Positions 25,470 through 41,324 of a stretch of 64,000 bases of DNA are shown one piece after another. A program made the position numbers and the translations under genes. The DNA comes from Takakia lepidozioides (Eukaryota; Plantae; Bryophyta): positions 68,696,001 through 68,760,000 of the forward strand of contig CM060731.1 of the NCBI GenBank assembly GCA_030704615.1, read 5' to 3'. Under the pieces are notes generated by a model. It saw only the letters and a list, made by a program, of their open reading frames with translations, was not told the origin of the DNA and did no database searches. Positions within the stretch are counted from its first letter, which is position 1. Every line of letters begins with the position of its first letter.

Positions 25470-28400
25470 TCAAGAGTCCTCGTCACTTTCGTCGCTAAAA
25501 TATCCTGACCGCTTCTTGGGACCCTGAGCTCATGACCACACTAACTTGAGAATCACCCATTAACATATACGAAATTACATCCTTAAGCTTGAAAAAAGGA
25601 GCATAAGTCAATTTTAAAGTGTCTGTGCTCTCTGACATATGTAGATAAGTGAAACCTGACATGCATTACAGAGATGCCTAGCAAACCACTGACAATAAAC
25701 TGATTTTCTGGTTTCTAGCACACATTCAGATGTCCTCATACTCAAAGGTCCAAATGTTAAAAAGGGGGAAAAACAGACCTTTAGACCTCTAGATGCATCT
25801 TTGTGTTGTTCACTGCCATGTGATGCCAAGCTCATCCCTCTTCACATACAAAAGAACTGAATGTCAGTAAGAACAAATTGGTAGTGGGAGCTGTAAGGAG
25901 GGGGACAGGGAGAACACAGGTGGGAGTGTTCTCCTCCACCCACCACTAGCCCAGTGCTACTATTCTTTGCGTGGCGAACTCACGTGGTTCTGGAAATGCA
26001 TGATAATGTATTCTCTCTTGTTACTCCTCATGTCTGACAGATCATCTCCATCGCACCAAGATAGAGGGAGCAGAAAAAGGAGCAACAAAGCAAAAAAGCA
26101 CCACATATCAAATGATCTCTATGTTCAGGATGTGACATTCTCAATTTTTGTAACTCAGGCATGAGTTCATAGGTTACCTTGGAGCTACAACAGAAGCCCA
26201 ATTGTCGTCTTCAAACTGAGTTTCATCAACCTCCTCGTCACTGTAAGAAGACACACCATCAAACGTTGAACAAAAATCACTGTGCAAGAACTTTGATTGC
26301 ATTGATTGTGCTCATTTACATGCTCTGCTAAACAAAATCAGAAGCTTTTCAGACGCCACAGGCAATGTACAAAGGTCACAATTGCAAGGCTTACAGGAGT
26401 GTGCAACTTCGGTGAGGACATTTACTGAATCCAACTCATGGTAAGGGCATAGACAAATTCATTGCATGTAAGCCACTAATACATCCTGGCTTCCAAACAA
26501 ATAGCTACCACCCATGTGAGCACAATTTTCTACTATGCACCATCCACCGAGATCTGATACAACTGATGGATTTGTAGGAGAGTCAACTCCCATAAAAGGA
26601 CATTTGATGGAGGAGCACTCCAAAGTTCTCACACCTCCTCCTTTCAGAGATCAACAAAGTGTCCGGACAAACTAGCCTCAGCCAATGGGTGCCTTGCTAC
26701 AGATCCAATATTGATACCTTTCGTCAAGACCTTGTTTGTCACCTCCATCGTTGTCAAACTGTTCCTTCCTCCTCTTTTTTGAAGGCGGCCGCTCCCTGGC
26801 TCCCAACTGGCATTACCAACCAACGAATGAACCTGATAATTACTTACTAAAGTTTGGTCTAGTGGCAGAGATATACTGCCGCCCCCTCACACTACAAGTA
26901 AAAGTGCCTATACAATGGGAAAAAAAGCCATCATAAAACTTAGTTCAGTCTTCGTAGACATAGAATTTTGGCCCCTCTCTTGCCCCCATTGCCTTGTCAA
27001 AACTATTTAAGAAACACAAAATCATGACATGTGCAAGAACAAAAACGGGAAACTCCAGCAGAAGATGGTGCATTTGTTCCCACCAGATTCTTAGGGCATT
27101 CATAAGAAAGGTGACCTTCATCTCCACATTCATAGCACCGACTCTTGTCCTTGTACACCTGGCAAGCCCACCCACATGGAGTATTATATACTAACTACTT
27201 GAATGAAGTTTGGATGTGCAATGCAATGCAGAATATGGGTGAACTTGGAGGATCAATTGCACTGACAGATTCTGAAGCATGCTAGATCCTTGTACTTGGA
27301 AATTAAACTTCCACACAGTAATTTTGAATGCCCAATCCAGAAGACTAGTGTCAGGCAAGTGGGCACAGGTCCTTGGACTTTATTGCCTTTCCGCAGCCTT
27401 TGGGCAACAAAAAGGGATACAGTTCTGGTACTTACGCGGCGCCTGATAAACTCCCTGGCGCGCCCATTATCTGCCGCTATAGACACCTTCAGAGTCCTCT
27501 TGTTCAATATCTTTCCATTCATCACTTGCACCTACAGCCACCCTACGGCATGACGCCTGCAGGTCAGTAGAAAGTCAAGGCTGAGACAGACACACAAGGG
27601 AAGGGGCAGACAGCGGCAAACAGAGCACTGCATGCCCCATATCATCCATATCAGAACACCTCCCTAATAGTGAAGCACAAATTGTTTGTAAGACAGTGAC
27701 AAGCACATCCATGGTACAAAGTCTGGTGGAAAAACCTAGGCCTTGCATACAACAGACAATTAGGGTGGAATTTGCATTGCTTGCTCAAATTAAACTCACC
27801 GCATGTTGAGCATCTTCGCGTATTGTGAACAAAATAAATGCGACACCCTTGCTTTGTCTTGTGTGCCTATCCTTCATGACTGTCACTCTGCCATTAAAAC
27901 ACAGTTTTTTTGAGAGCGACAGAAAGAACTGGCCATTCGGGTTAGGCCCTCAATTTCAAACTAAAAGACAAACATGGTCATATTCCACTATGTGTATAGC
28001 AACAATGAACAATGAACACTGAGCAATGCTAGAGCTATGTGCATGCCTTCATAAAGCTATGGAGCATACCATCCCCAACAACCACGCTCAATGTCCCCTA
28101 CAGAACCTTCTGACCTAACTCTCCCAGTTGCATCATAGACACACGACTTTGTATATTACTATCTGAATGCAGCTCCAAGTTTCCTGCAATATCACTCAGC
28201 CTAACATCGGTGTCTAAGAATCCCCAGGTATCTGAACTGCAAGACTCTTCATCATCATCACAAACCCTAACATGCGGGGGCTCGGGCCTCTTTGACACAC
28301 TGCAAATTATTCTACAGAAATCATGTTTACAACGTGAAGAGTCTGACCACCCTAAGCCACTGGGACCTGAGCTAGCTGGAGAAATGACTTACTTGCCGAT

Positions 28401-28634
28401 TTTACCACAAGTACTGAAGATGGTATGAATGTCGCTGTTTGTGAGACTGAAGTCGAGATTGCTAACGTACACTGTTGACTTGGACGGTACAAGACCACCG
28501 CTACCTGCCCTCTTCCCAGCGCCGTCTGTCTCTCCCTCCCTCTCCGTTTGTGGGCGCATCTGGGAGCCGTAATCATCATCATCATCATCTTCCTCACTGT
28601 TATAGGTTGATCGGCGCGGCTTCCTTGCCGCCAT
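25470..28634 (-). CDS. ZCRB1: U11/U12 snRNP 31 kDa protein (RRM plus CCHC zinc knuckle), multi-exon
   Basis: Exons give [127 protein letters not shown] and terminal [11 protein letters not shown]. Confidence 0.92.
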
Positions 28635-28932
28635 TATTCACAAAACTAATTCCGAGATATTCAAAAATCCCTATCCTCTCGGGGTGAGAAAAACTTAGAC
28701 AACAATTATCATAATGAAGACATTCTAAGCTTGCTAAGACTTCCAATGGACAAGTCGCCACGAAAACTGTACAGTAAGTCGCAACCCTGCTTGACGATTC
28801 ACCACATATTCTTAGTCTGGTGCAAGTATGAAATGCATCTTGGCAAACTGCAGCATCAGTGCCCGAATCAAGCCAACATTCTGTTCTGATCTACGGAACG
28901 ATCTGGCCTGCGGATTTCTTATTAGCTCCCCT

Positions 28933-28959
<27 letters not shown>
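28933..28959. repeat. (GA)n microsatellite in the ZCRB1/RFC divergent intergenic region
   Basis: About 13 perfect GA units. Confidence 0.9.
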
Positions 28960-28963
<4 letters not shown>

Positions 28964-29297
28964 TTGAATGGAGACTCTGGATGAAATTCCCCAGCAAGAC
29001 TTGGATACTGGATGTACACGTGGATGACGATGAATGAACAACTCAGGAGCTGAATGAAATCTCGATGAACATGGATGATGAGTTGGCTGCCAATGAATGT
29101 GGATGAATGCATGTGTTGTTGTTTTGGCGCGAAGGGCTCAGCATGCTGCTTTTGCTTGCTCGAGTGAGGACGTGAGGAATTGTTGGAGAAGAAGAGAGAT
29201 CGGGAGGAAGATCGGAAGCAGGGTACAGACGGATTCGATTACAAGAGAAGAGGGGATTCTCTTCTTCTGATTTTTAGGTGCTGGAAGAGGTAGAATC

Positions 29298-32200
29298 ATG
29301 GCGGACGTAGAAGCTATGGAGGTGGATGAGCCCCAGGCGGGGAAACTGACGGCAGCACAGAAAGGCAAGGGGAAGGCTGGCGCCTTCGCCCTCCAGCAAA
29401 AGAGCGTAGGGCCATGGGTGGAGAAGTACAGGCCGACCTCGTTATCCGATGTGGCTGCGCATAAAGACATCATTGATACCAGTGTGTGGCCTCTGCCATT
29501 GCTGTTCTTTACAATCTGTGTTTATTCTCGCCCCCGCTCTTTGCTTGTGCCAGTACGTAGTGACAAAGTTTTGATAGAGCGGGGACTTGTAGACTGAGAT
29601 CTGAGCATTGCAAATTGAGCTAATCTGGCTTTTTACTTTCATGAATTGTTGGTGTGCTAGGGTTTAGAATCTCCGTTCGTCGTGCCTATCTTCCCAGATG
29701 GTGCAGGGGTTGGGATGGCAAGCTACCTGCCTGGGTGTCCGTGGCGCCAAAACTATCACCTTTGGCTGTGGGTTTAGGGCAGGCACTTAAACCCTTTTAT
29801 GCCGCATTTAACGTACTGTGACGTTTTAGAGGTTAATTGTGAGTATAGCTGGGGAGCCAGTCCTCAAGCTGAAATCTCGGGTTGCGCTCGTCTGCCCCGC
29901 CAATGCAGGCGTGTGATCACATGGCTTCGGTTGTAGTGGTGACATTTTTGAAATAAGAGTATGGGTACGGTGGAGTCACTCTTGCAGCTTCGCTTTATAC
30001 GGATCTGTCTACGACATCAACTTAAAGCTCTGGACCCTATTTTTCAGAGAGTGCCCACTGGATGAATTAGCAATGCCTGAGAGAGATTCACAACCTTCCA
30101 GCAGAAGGGGCTCTGGAGGAATTCAACATATAGCTGATGTAGGAGCCCGTGAGTTCTCTTTCAAGCACACAATGTTGGCAACTCGGTGTCCAAAATGCAT
30201 GTGGGGGATAATCTTTACTATTAGCTAAAATCACTTAGGGTGGGGTATGGGAGAGAAGACATTCACAGGAGGCTCGGAGGGTTATAAGACATGGTAGAAT
30301 CTAGAGAGATGTACTCACTAGTGGTTCCTGTGAACATTGGCTATGACATACCCTTGAGGGTAAAGTTCCCATGGGATACTAACCCTTCCGGAGTGAGTGG
30401 CGGGATTCTATCTCTCCACGTTGTGGAGTCAGTCTGAATCAATGCTAACAACCATCATTTCAGGCAATTCAAAATTGTCTGTGAAAAAAAGTATGGGAGC
30501 CAGTAAGTGTATGACAATTTCAGCATTCCCCCATTTCTCAGGTATTCAATGGGTGTGTGTTGGTGCGGGGAAAAGTTGACAGGCTAACTGGAGAGAACCG
30601 TCTTCCCCACTTGCTGTTATATGGCCCTCCTGGAACTGGAAAGACCTCCACTATTCTGGCAGTTGCACGGAAGCTTTATGGGGCCCATTTCCAGAACATG
30701 ATTTTGGAGCTCAATGCCTCTGATGACCGAGGAATCGATGTTGTGCGGCAACAAGTGCAAGACTTTGCCAGCACACAAAGCATCTCATTTGGGTACAGGG
30801 ATTCCACTTTGTTAAAATAATCTGTTTTACAAAGAAAGTGTGCCTTTCCTTCCGAGAATTTTTACAATGCACAATAAACGAAATCTATCAACAGATCCTC
30901 TAAGGTAGATACGTAGGGTGACATTCCACTTTGTTTAAAAAGATCTGTGTCATGACAGAAGTGTGCTTTTGTAGATACTACTGGGACCCGATCCTTTCCC
31001 TTTTCAACTCCCTACCCCCTCTCTCTTTTCTCTTCTGTGGCTACGGCAAACAATGTCTTATGAGTACATCTTTTCTCTTCTGTGTGAAGTGGGCTGTGGT
31101 TGTATGGCCTCACGGCTGTGTGAAGCAAAATCTACTATCCCTTCAGTAAGGAAATGTTCTTATGTTGCCTTCATTTGTCCCTATGGATCTCCTAGTCATT
31201 TGCTCAGATCACTTGATCTCTAGAAACTGTCTAATAGCAGTAAGAATTTTGGTACAGGACCTGAGTTTCTCATGGCTTTACTGTTGCATATTGTGATTGT
31301 TCAGGCCCAAGATAAATGTTAAGCTGGTCATTTTGGATGAAGCAGATGCTATGACCAAGGAGGCTCAATTTGCATTACGAAGAAGTAAGCTTCCTCTTGT
31401 GGCCCTGGCCTTTCTTGGGATGGCTTTGGAACTTGTCTTTTGGCTATTGCTTGTATTCTTATCAGTTCAGGGTTGCCACTCAGTGCTCAATGCCGATAAG
31501 GTCTCATCAGCATACTCTGCATTGATGGAATTTTTTTGCGAACATCTGACACTCTCTTCAACCCCTCTGTCAATCGCTTGCCTGTGGTGACAGTCATAGA
31601 GAAGTACACAAAGAAGACCAGATTTTGTCTGATATGCAATTATGTAAGCAAAATTATTCCTGCACTACAATCGCGGTGCACTCGGTTCCGGTTTGCACCC
31701 CTGGATGCTGCCAATGTCACCGACCGCCTCCACCATGTCATTCAACAAGAAGGGTGAGCTCTTGTCCCATCTACCTGTTGTATATTGACTATCATTGACC
31801 CTTGACCTGAATGAGGTAGGGAGAGAAAAATCAGGAACTTTCTCTGTTTTTGTTTCTTTAGTAAATTCTGATGCTTTTATTAGTCTCTCTGTGAAATATA
31901 GAGCCAGCGAGATGGATACTAATGGTTATCATTGGCCTGAAAGTCATCTCTAACATTTCAGACTAGAATAGCTCAACGAATCTAAAATTCCGTTCTGGAG
32001 GATGTGCTGGCAGACGAGAAGAATAGTGACTCAGGATGCTTGTTTGTTGGTTCAATCCTCTCGGCAATGTAGCCTCTTACCGCATAGCCGCTATGATACA
32101 ATGGGCACCTTTGATAATTCGTTGTTGTGAGATTTAGCATACGCTACGTGTGGTCTTGTCCTAACCAATCTCTCTGTTGGAAGCTGTGACACACATAAGT

Positions 32201-34567
32201 TGCTGTCCAGGTAACGTGATCAATTCCATAGGAGAGAAACTGGATTTTAAGCTTTGTAGCTTATTCCTTTATTTGAATGAAGTGTTGTGGGCTGGTGGGG
32301 TACCAGCCTTGATGTTACAGAAACAGGGTTGAGCGCTATAGTACGACTTAGTAATGGAGACATGCGCAAAGCTCTCAACATACTTCAGGTGCGACTTGAG
32401 TGTTATGGATCTTTTTCAGTAGTGAGACTGGACAAAGGATTCATGATCAGCTGTGGTTGAGTTCACTTTTTCCTGCTACCTTCAGCCCTTCTATTCAGCA
32501 CTGGTTGTCAAATCCCTTCCTTTTGCTCCATCCTGTAAGCCTTTCAAACTTTGTGTTGATGTTATAAGTTGCTTTCTTTCTTACTTGTCTCTTAGTTTGA
32601 CTGGCAGTCAAACCACAACCATGAATGTAACGTCAATTGCAGAGGGTTACAACTGCTGGATTGGACCCTGTGCGTGAGTGCAAGCACCTAAACCTGTATA
32701 GTGATGCCCTTTTAGTCGCTTGTCCAACCGAAGGAGGATGCCCAGAGTGTGAGCCTCGCTCTTTTTCAAGCACTCTGTCTCTTGCGCTTGTCTCTCTTTC
32801 TCTCCCTCTTTCACACAGATAATGCTAGTAGAAGATATGTGTATGGATAGTTATTGCACCTCACTATCTCTTAATCCATGGCCAACCAACTGGGCCTGTA
32901 AAGTGTCAAAAGAGAATGGTGTAAAAAAGTTAGATTGTATCAAAGTAGTTGTACCTCTGCACGCAGTATCACGAATTGTTGAGTTGATTCAGGAGAGGTG
33001 TGTGGCTGCAGTCTGTACAGATGGCATGCCCTCATTTGACGGAGGAAGCAGTCTATCTATGCACTGGAAACCCAATGCCTAAAGACATCGAGCAAATTGC
33101 ATATTGGTTGCTAAATGAGTCCTTCTCCACCTCCCATCAGAGTATCCTTACCAAATAATAGGATCTTTCTCCACTACTGGTCACAGAGAATGTAGCCTTG
33201 GTTATGCTGGTTTGTGAAGCAATATGTACTGTTAGTTAGGCATCATCTCTCTCTGCTCCCATGGGCACTCTAGGCTCCCTGTGGCTATGGTATTTTTTTC
33301 CTCCCTTACTTTCTTGGAACTCATGGCACCTTTTCACTTTTCACCAGCTAGAGTAATGCTCAGTCTCTCAGTCTTGCAATGAACTGTCATTGGATGTGGG
33401 AGAGCTGTGGAAGTTCCTATCAACTAATTGGGATGCCTGCCTTTGGGGTCAACAGCCACAAGGTGTGGCATCAATAGCACGGGTCTTACTCCTCTGTACA
33501 TGTGTTGCTCTCTCTCTTTCTCTTTTTCTGCCTGTGTATTGATGCCTTGATGAGATACAGATATTTCAGAGATGAAGACGAACAAAGGGTTAGCCCTGGT
33601 TGATGTTGTGAGGGAGCTTCAACCGTAAGCACTTACAAGCTCTTCCTGACTTCAGACTTCCTACACTTTTATTTGCTGCATCTTATCATGATTGTGCTTA
33701 TCAGCTCACAGTTGCTTTTACTGCTCTACCTTGCCCCACATATCAGTTTGGCTGGCAGACTGCAACCCAGAACAGAGCTCCAAAATAGGGCTACGTTAGC
33801 AGTGTTGGAAACTGCATCTTGTTTTCAGTATAAGGCCGCTACCACCAGCTAGATCAAGCAATAGTATGAAGGCATCATATGGTGACAAGGAAAATACCCA
33901 AGTTTTCTAGGAGGATCAGTATTCTGCAAGGGTTATGTCCTCAAGGAGACATCCTAGCACCTATCAGAGAACCAGTGAATGAGTTTTCGTTTTTTGTAAA
34001 GAATTTGGAAGGCCAACCTTAGAACTGAAGACCTGAATGGAGTCGTACGAACAGTTTGAAAAAGCATGTCCCCTCTTTTTTCTTCTCACCCTGCCCTCCA
34101 GCTTCGCCCCCCATAACATGACTTCCTTTGTGTGGTGCAGGTTCATATTCACTATAAAGATGCCGGCTGCTGTACGGATTCAACTCATTGATGCCCTTGC
34201 AGATATTGAGTAAGTTGATTCATAACAAACTTCTTGGGAGTTTTGACAGGGCATTGCAATTTATTGCACAGACTTCGGTATGCTTCTGTCTCTCTTTTTG
34301 GGTGCTCAATTTGGACATCTTTGACCGTGTGAACGATGGCACTTCCTTTTCTGGATTGTCACTCACTGGGAGGGATGGTAGTTTTCAAACACTAATTGTG
34401 CGCCAAAAGCACTCCCAACTCATTCTCTATATTTCCTAGCCCTTGAAACTTCTTGGCACATGTGCAGGTACAGATTAGCGTTTGGAACCAATGAGAAGCT
34501 TCAATTGGGTGGCTTGATCAGTGCATTCACTCGTGCCCGTACAGCTTTGGTTGCAGCAGCCATATGA
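29298..34567 (+). CDS. RFC3: Replication factor C small subunit (yeast/Arabidopsis RFC3, human RFC5 orthogroup), 9 exons (29298-29481, 30576-30792, 31305-31384, 31594-31753, 32307-32388, 33012-33141, 33561-33624, 34141-34209, 34468-34567)
   Basis: [90 protein letters not shown] and LADIEYRLAFG all join in frame. Confidence 0.95.
33142..33560 (+). other. U12-type (minor) GT-AG intron in the RFC gene
   Basis: 5' splice site GTATCCTTA. Branch-point-like GCCTTGAT lies about 10 nt upstream of the CAG acceptor, with no polypyrimidine tract between them. Splicing here restores the frame (HQ-N-ISEMK). Confidence 0.85.
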
Positions 34568-36141
34568 TCAATTTTGCATAGCATGCCTCGTCGCATGGAC
34601 CTACATATATCTCAGCTGTATGGTGAGGTGTACATGAAGATCAAGACCAGTGTTGACTGTATACGGATATGTAAGTGTACTAAGTGATATGATTTCTGGA
34701 CCACGTGGGTAACAAAATTGTCACACAGCCAGCAGCTGTTACAAATTGCGAGCAGCAAGAAAAAGAGTTAGAACATTGCTGATTTGTGAATGTTCGCAGA
34801 TGCTACTGAAGTCAGTAATGTTCCAAATCATTCTATAGCGAAATGACTAGAAGATCAACACATAGCTGCACATAGGAGCCGAGCGGCAGAGTGCTAGCCA
34901 CTGTCACCAGTACTTCCAAGAATGGTTGTGTGCTTGTGGTACAGTGAAATAAGCAACATGCTTGAAAGTTAAGCTCAAGTTTGTTTAACGTCCGGCGGAT
35001 TTAAAGACAATGCAGCGGCCTTCGTGGGGTCAATAGAAGTTTGAATACACATGTTCACAGATTGAGTCCCATTGTGCGCATACACTGAACCCTTTGACCA
35101 CCTATTCTTTTGCAAAAAGAAAACGCATTGCTTCACATTACATGAATATGGAAAGGAAAGGCCACCAACTTGCTTCCATTGTTTTATAGCTGACATGTAA
35201 GTTATTTATGTCATTGATGATGATGGTAAGCACCTGATCCCTGTCTGCAAATACGGTCAACTGCATTTCAATGTTATGCATGGAGAGTAAGGAGAACATA
35301 ACATTTATAGATATGTAATATCTAACCATAAAGGAGGGCAAAATATCGGTCCCAATCGATTATAAAGGTACCCCTTAACAATGTCAACTAGATTGGAGAT
35401 TAGAGGGTGCTTTAACACCACAGAGGTTCCCTAGCACTTAACATATAACACTCTTTCCTACTGTAATATTCCAGAGTCTAGAGAACATAGCAAGAAAAGA
35501 GATATCTAGTGCTCCAATCTTCTTCAGAGTCTGCCTTATGCTGCCTCGTCCACATCGATTTCACGGTGCATGTGACCCAATTTGGGCCCTTGCAAAATAG
35601 ACTTTTCCCTCATGAAAAAGTCTAATCCATGCATCTAAGTTCTCCATTCTCCACTGGAGAGCCCAAAATCTCCTGTCAATGAATTCCTAGTGGGGTGTGA
35701 GACTGTTGAGAGATGTAGTGCATGTTCATGACACTAAGGATGATGCACATAACAACTGCTCAACCTAGTGTTTTGGACAATATTCCTGAAACTAGAGGAT
35801 TTATAACAGAAATACATTGCATCATTTCATTCAAGTCTGAAAAGTATATTGCCACGGCATTCCTACCACTGAGGACTTCATGGCAGAAGTGGGCGCATTA
35901 ATCTGTATGACTTTGGAAGTACCTTTATGTATGGCTACAAGCTGAATTCAGCTTAAGGTTCATCGGTCTCAGACTGGAATGGGTGACGTTGAGCCCCGCC
36001 CTATGTCCTCATCTTCAGGCTTTTTTGCTTCATCCCACAGAGTTGGGCAAATAGTCCATTCGGCACTTTGACGCATATTAATAAGTGCTCTGTAAGTGGA
36101 CATAACGATAGATAAATAAAAAAACTTAGATCAGTCAGTGC

Positions 36142-39862
<3,721 letters not shown>

Positions 39863-41324
39863 GAAGATCCCCAACCAGTACCTCAGAAGACTATCGCACG
39901 ATGACAGTTGAGGATCTAAAGCTCGCTCTCTCTCCAATTGAAGACCCAACAATCAAAAGACGGCAGCTCTATCCTGGCCGCGATTCTGCACTCAGCCCGG
40001 GGCATTTGCGTAATCCGTGCATGGGATATTTTTGAGCTGTGCTTTATGACACGGCAAGCTCTTGATTCTTGACTCTTGACTCTTGACTCTGCCTAGGTTC
40101 GGATTTTTTTCACGCCTTGTTTTCACACCTTATCAACCATTCATCCAGGAGAATGTACCTTATAGGTATACCTAGCACCTGCACCTCCATACCAAATGTG
40201 GGAGGGGTCCACCGCGGGGTCGCTGTATGGTGTGCACAGTAGGATCCAGGATTGAAATTCTCCTTTGATTCTCGAGCAGAAACTAATCTAATTTGGTCGA
40301 GGAAGCGCAGATGATGAATCATACGAGGGCTATAATCAACACCCTTGCCCTCTTGAATTTTTTGGTATATCTGGGACCCAGGTCAAAGCTGGAGCATGGA
40401 ACACCGCTGGCAGGAGTTCTTTAGAGATCCTTCACAATGGTGGACAAGGTGCGCACACTTCATGTAGGAAGTCTGTCAAGGAGGGATTTTGACCGTGTCA
40501 ATATTTTGTGACCGGATTTTCACCCCTCGTTGTTGAGCTGAGTTAGAATTCTATTTGCTCTGCAAAAGTGGTTCTCTCTCTGCGGAGCTTGTTGCAGGGC
40601 ATGATAGTAGGATGCCCAAGAGGGTTTCCCTGGAATTTGCAAGGTACTTGGCAGGGTTGTTAGTCGCTGCTCGGTCTTAGAAAGCTGTGGCTCCGGTTGC
40701 TGAGCTGCACCCTGGTGGTGTCACAGACCAATCCAGAATCTCCAGACTACAGACACAAGCAATGCAGACAAGAGGCCCTTTGGATTGCGAGTTGGTTGAA
40801 GCCTCCTTGGCTGAAAGAGAATTTTGCCGCCACCATGGGACAGGGTCAAGCACAGTGTGGTGAGGACATTTTCTTCAGCATATTTAGGCTTGTTTGTCCT
40901 CTTATCAGATTCTCCCTGTTTCCCATCATGTATTTTGTAAGTCAGTTTGTGGGTGGGATCCAAATGTTTCCGACATGATACTGCCAATGGTTTGCAGGCA
41001 AATACCCAAAAACTGAAGATACAGACGACAAGCTTTGGAAGGAATATTTATCAAAACCCAGTCAATTGTGGGACAATCGAGGCATAAAGGTGAATGCCTG
41101 TTATGTTAAGCAAAACCCGAAGGAGACAACCAGATGCATCGGAAAATGTTAGTGCAAATTTTCATCATTTCTCTCCCGAATACTCAAATTAAGTCTTCAG
41201 CATTGGAATAGTGTGTGTGTCAAGTAGGGACAGGGTTGAATTTTTGGGTTGTCAGCTACAAGTGGTAAGAGGGAGGATCTATGCATTATTGTTGGAGAGG
41301 CAGGCAAAGCTGAAGGAGGCAGGG

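Noticed and set aside
27411-27420. GTATCCCTTT in a ZCRB1 intron as a USSE-like feedback element
   Set aside because: It is a single imperfect motif. The USSE known from 48K/65K genes needs tandem U12 5' sites.
34975-36050. Exon-like minus-strand pieces downstream of the AKR
   Set aside because: They could not be assembled into a coherent product or assigned to a family.
41211-41324. GTG start extending the DYW ORF
   Set aside because: For a nuclear gene the first in-frame ATG at 41325 is more plausible.
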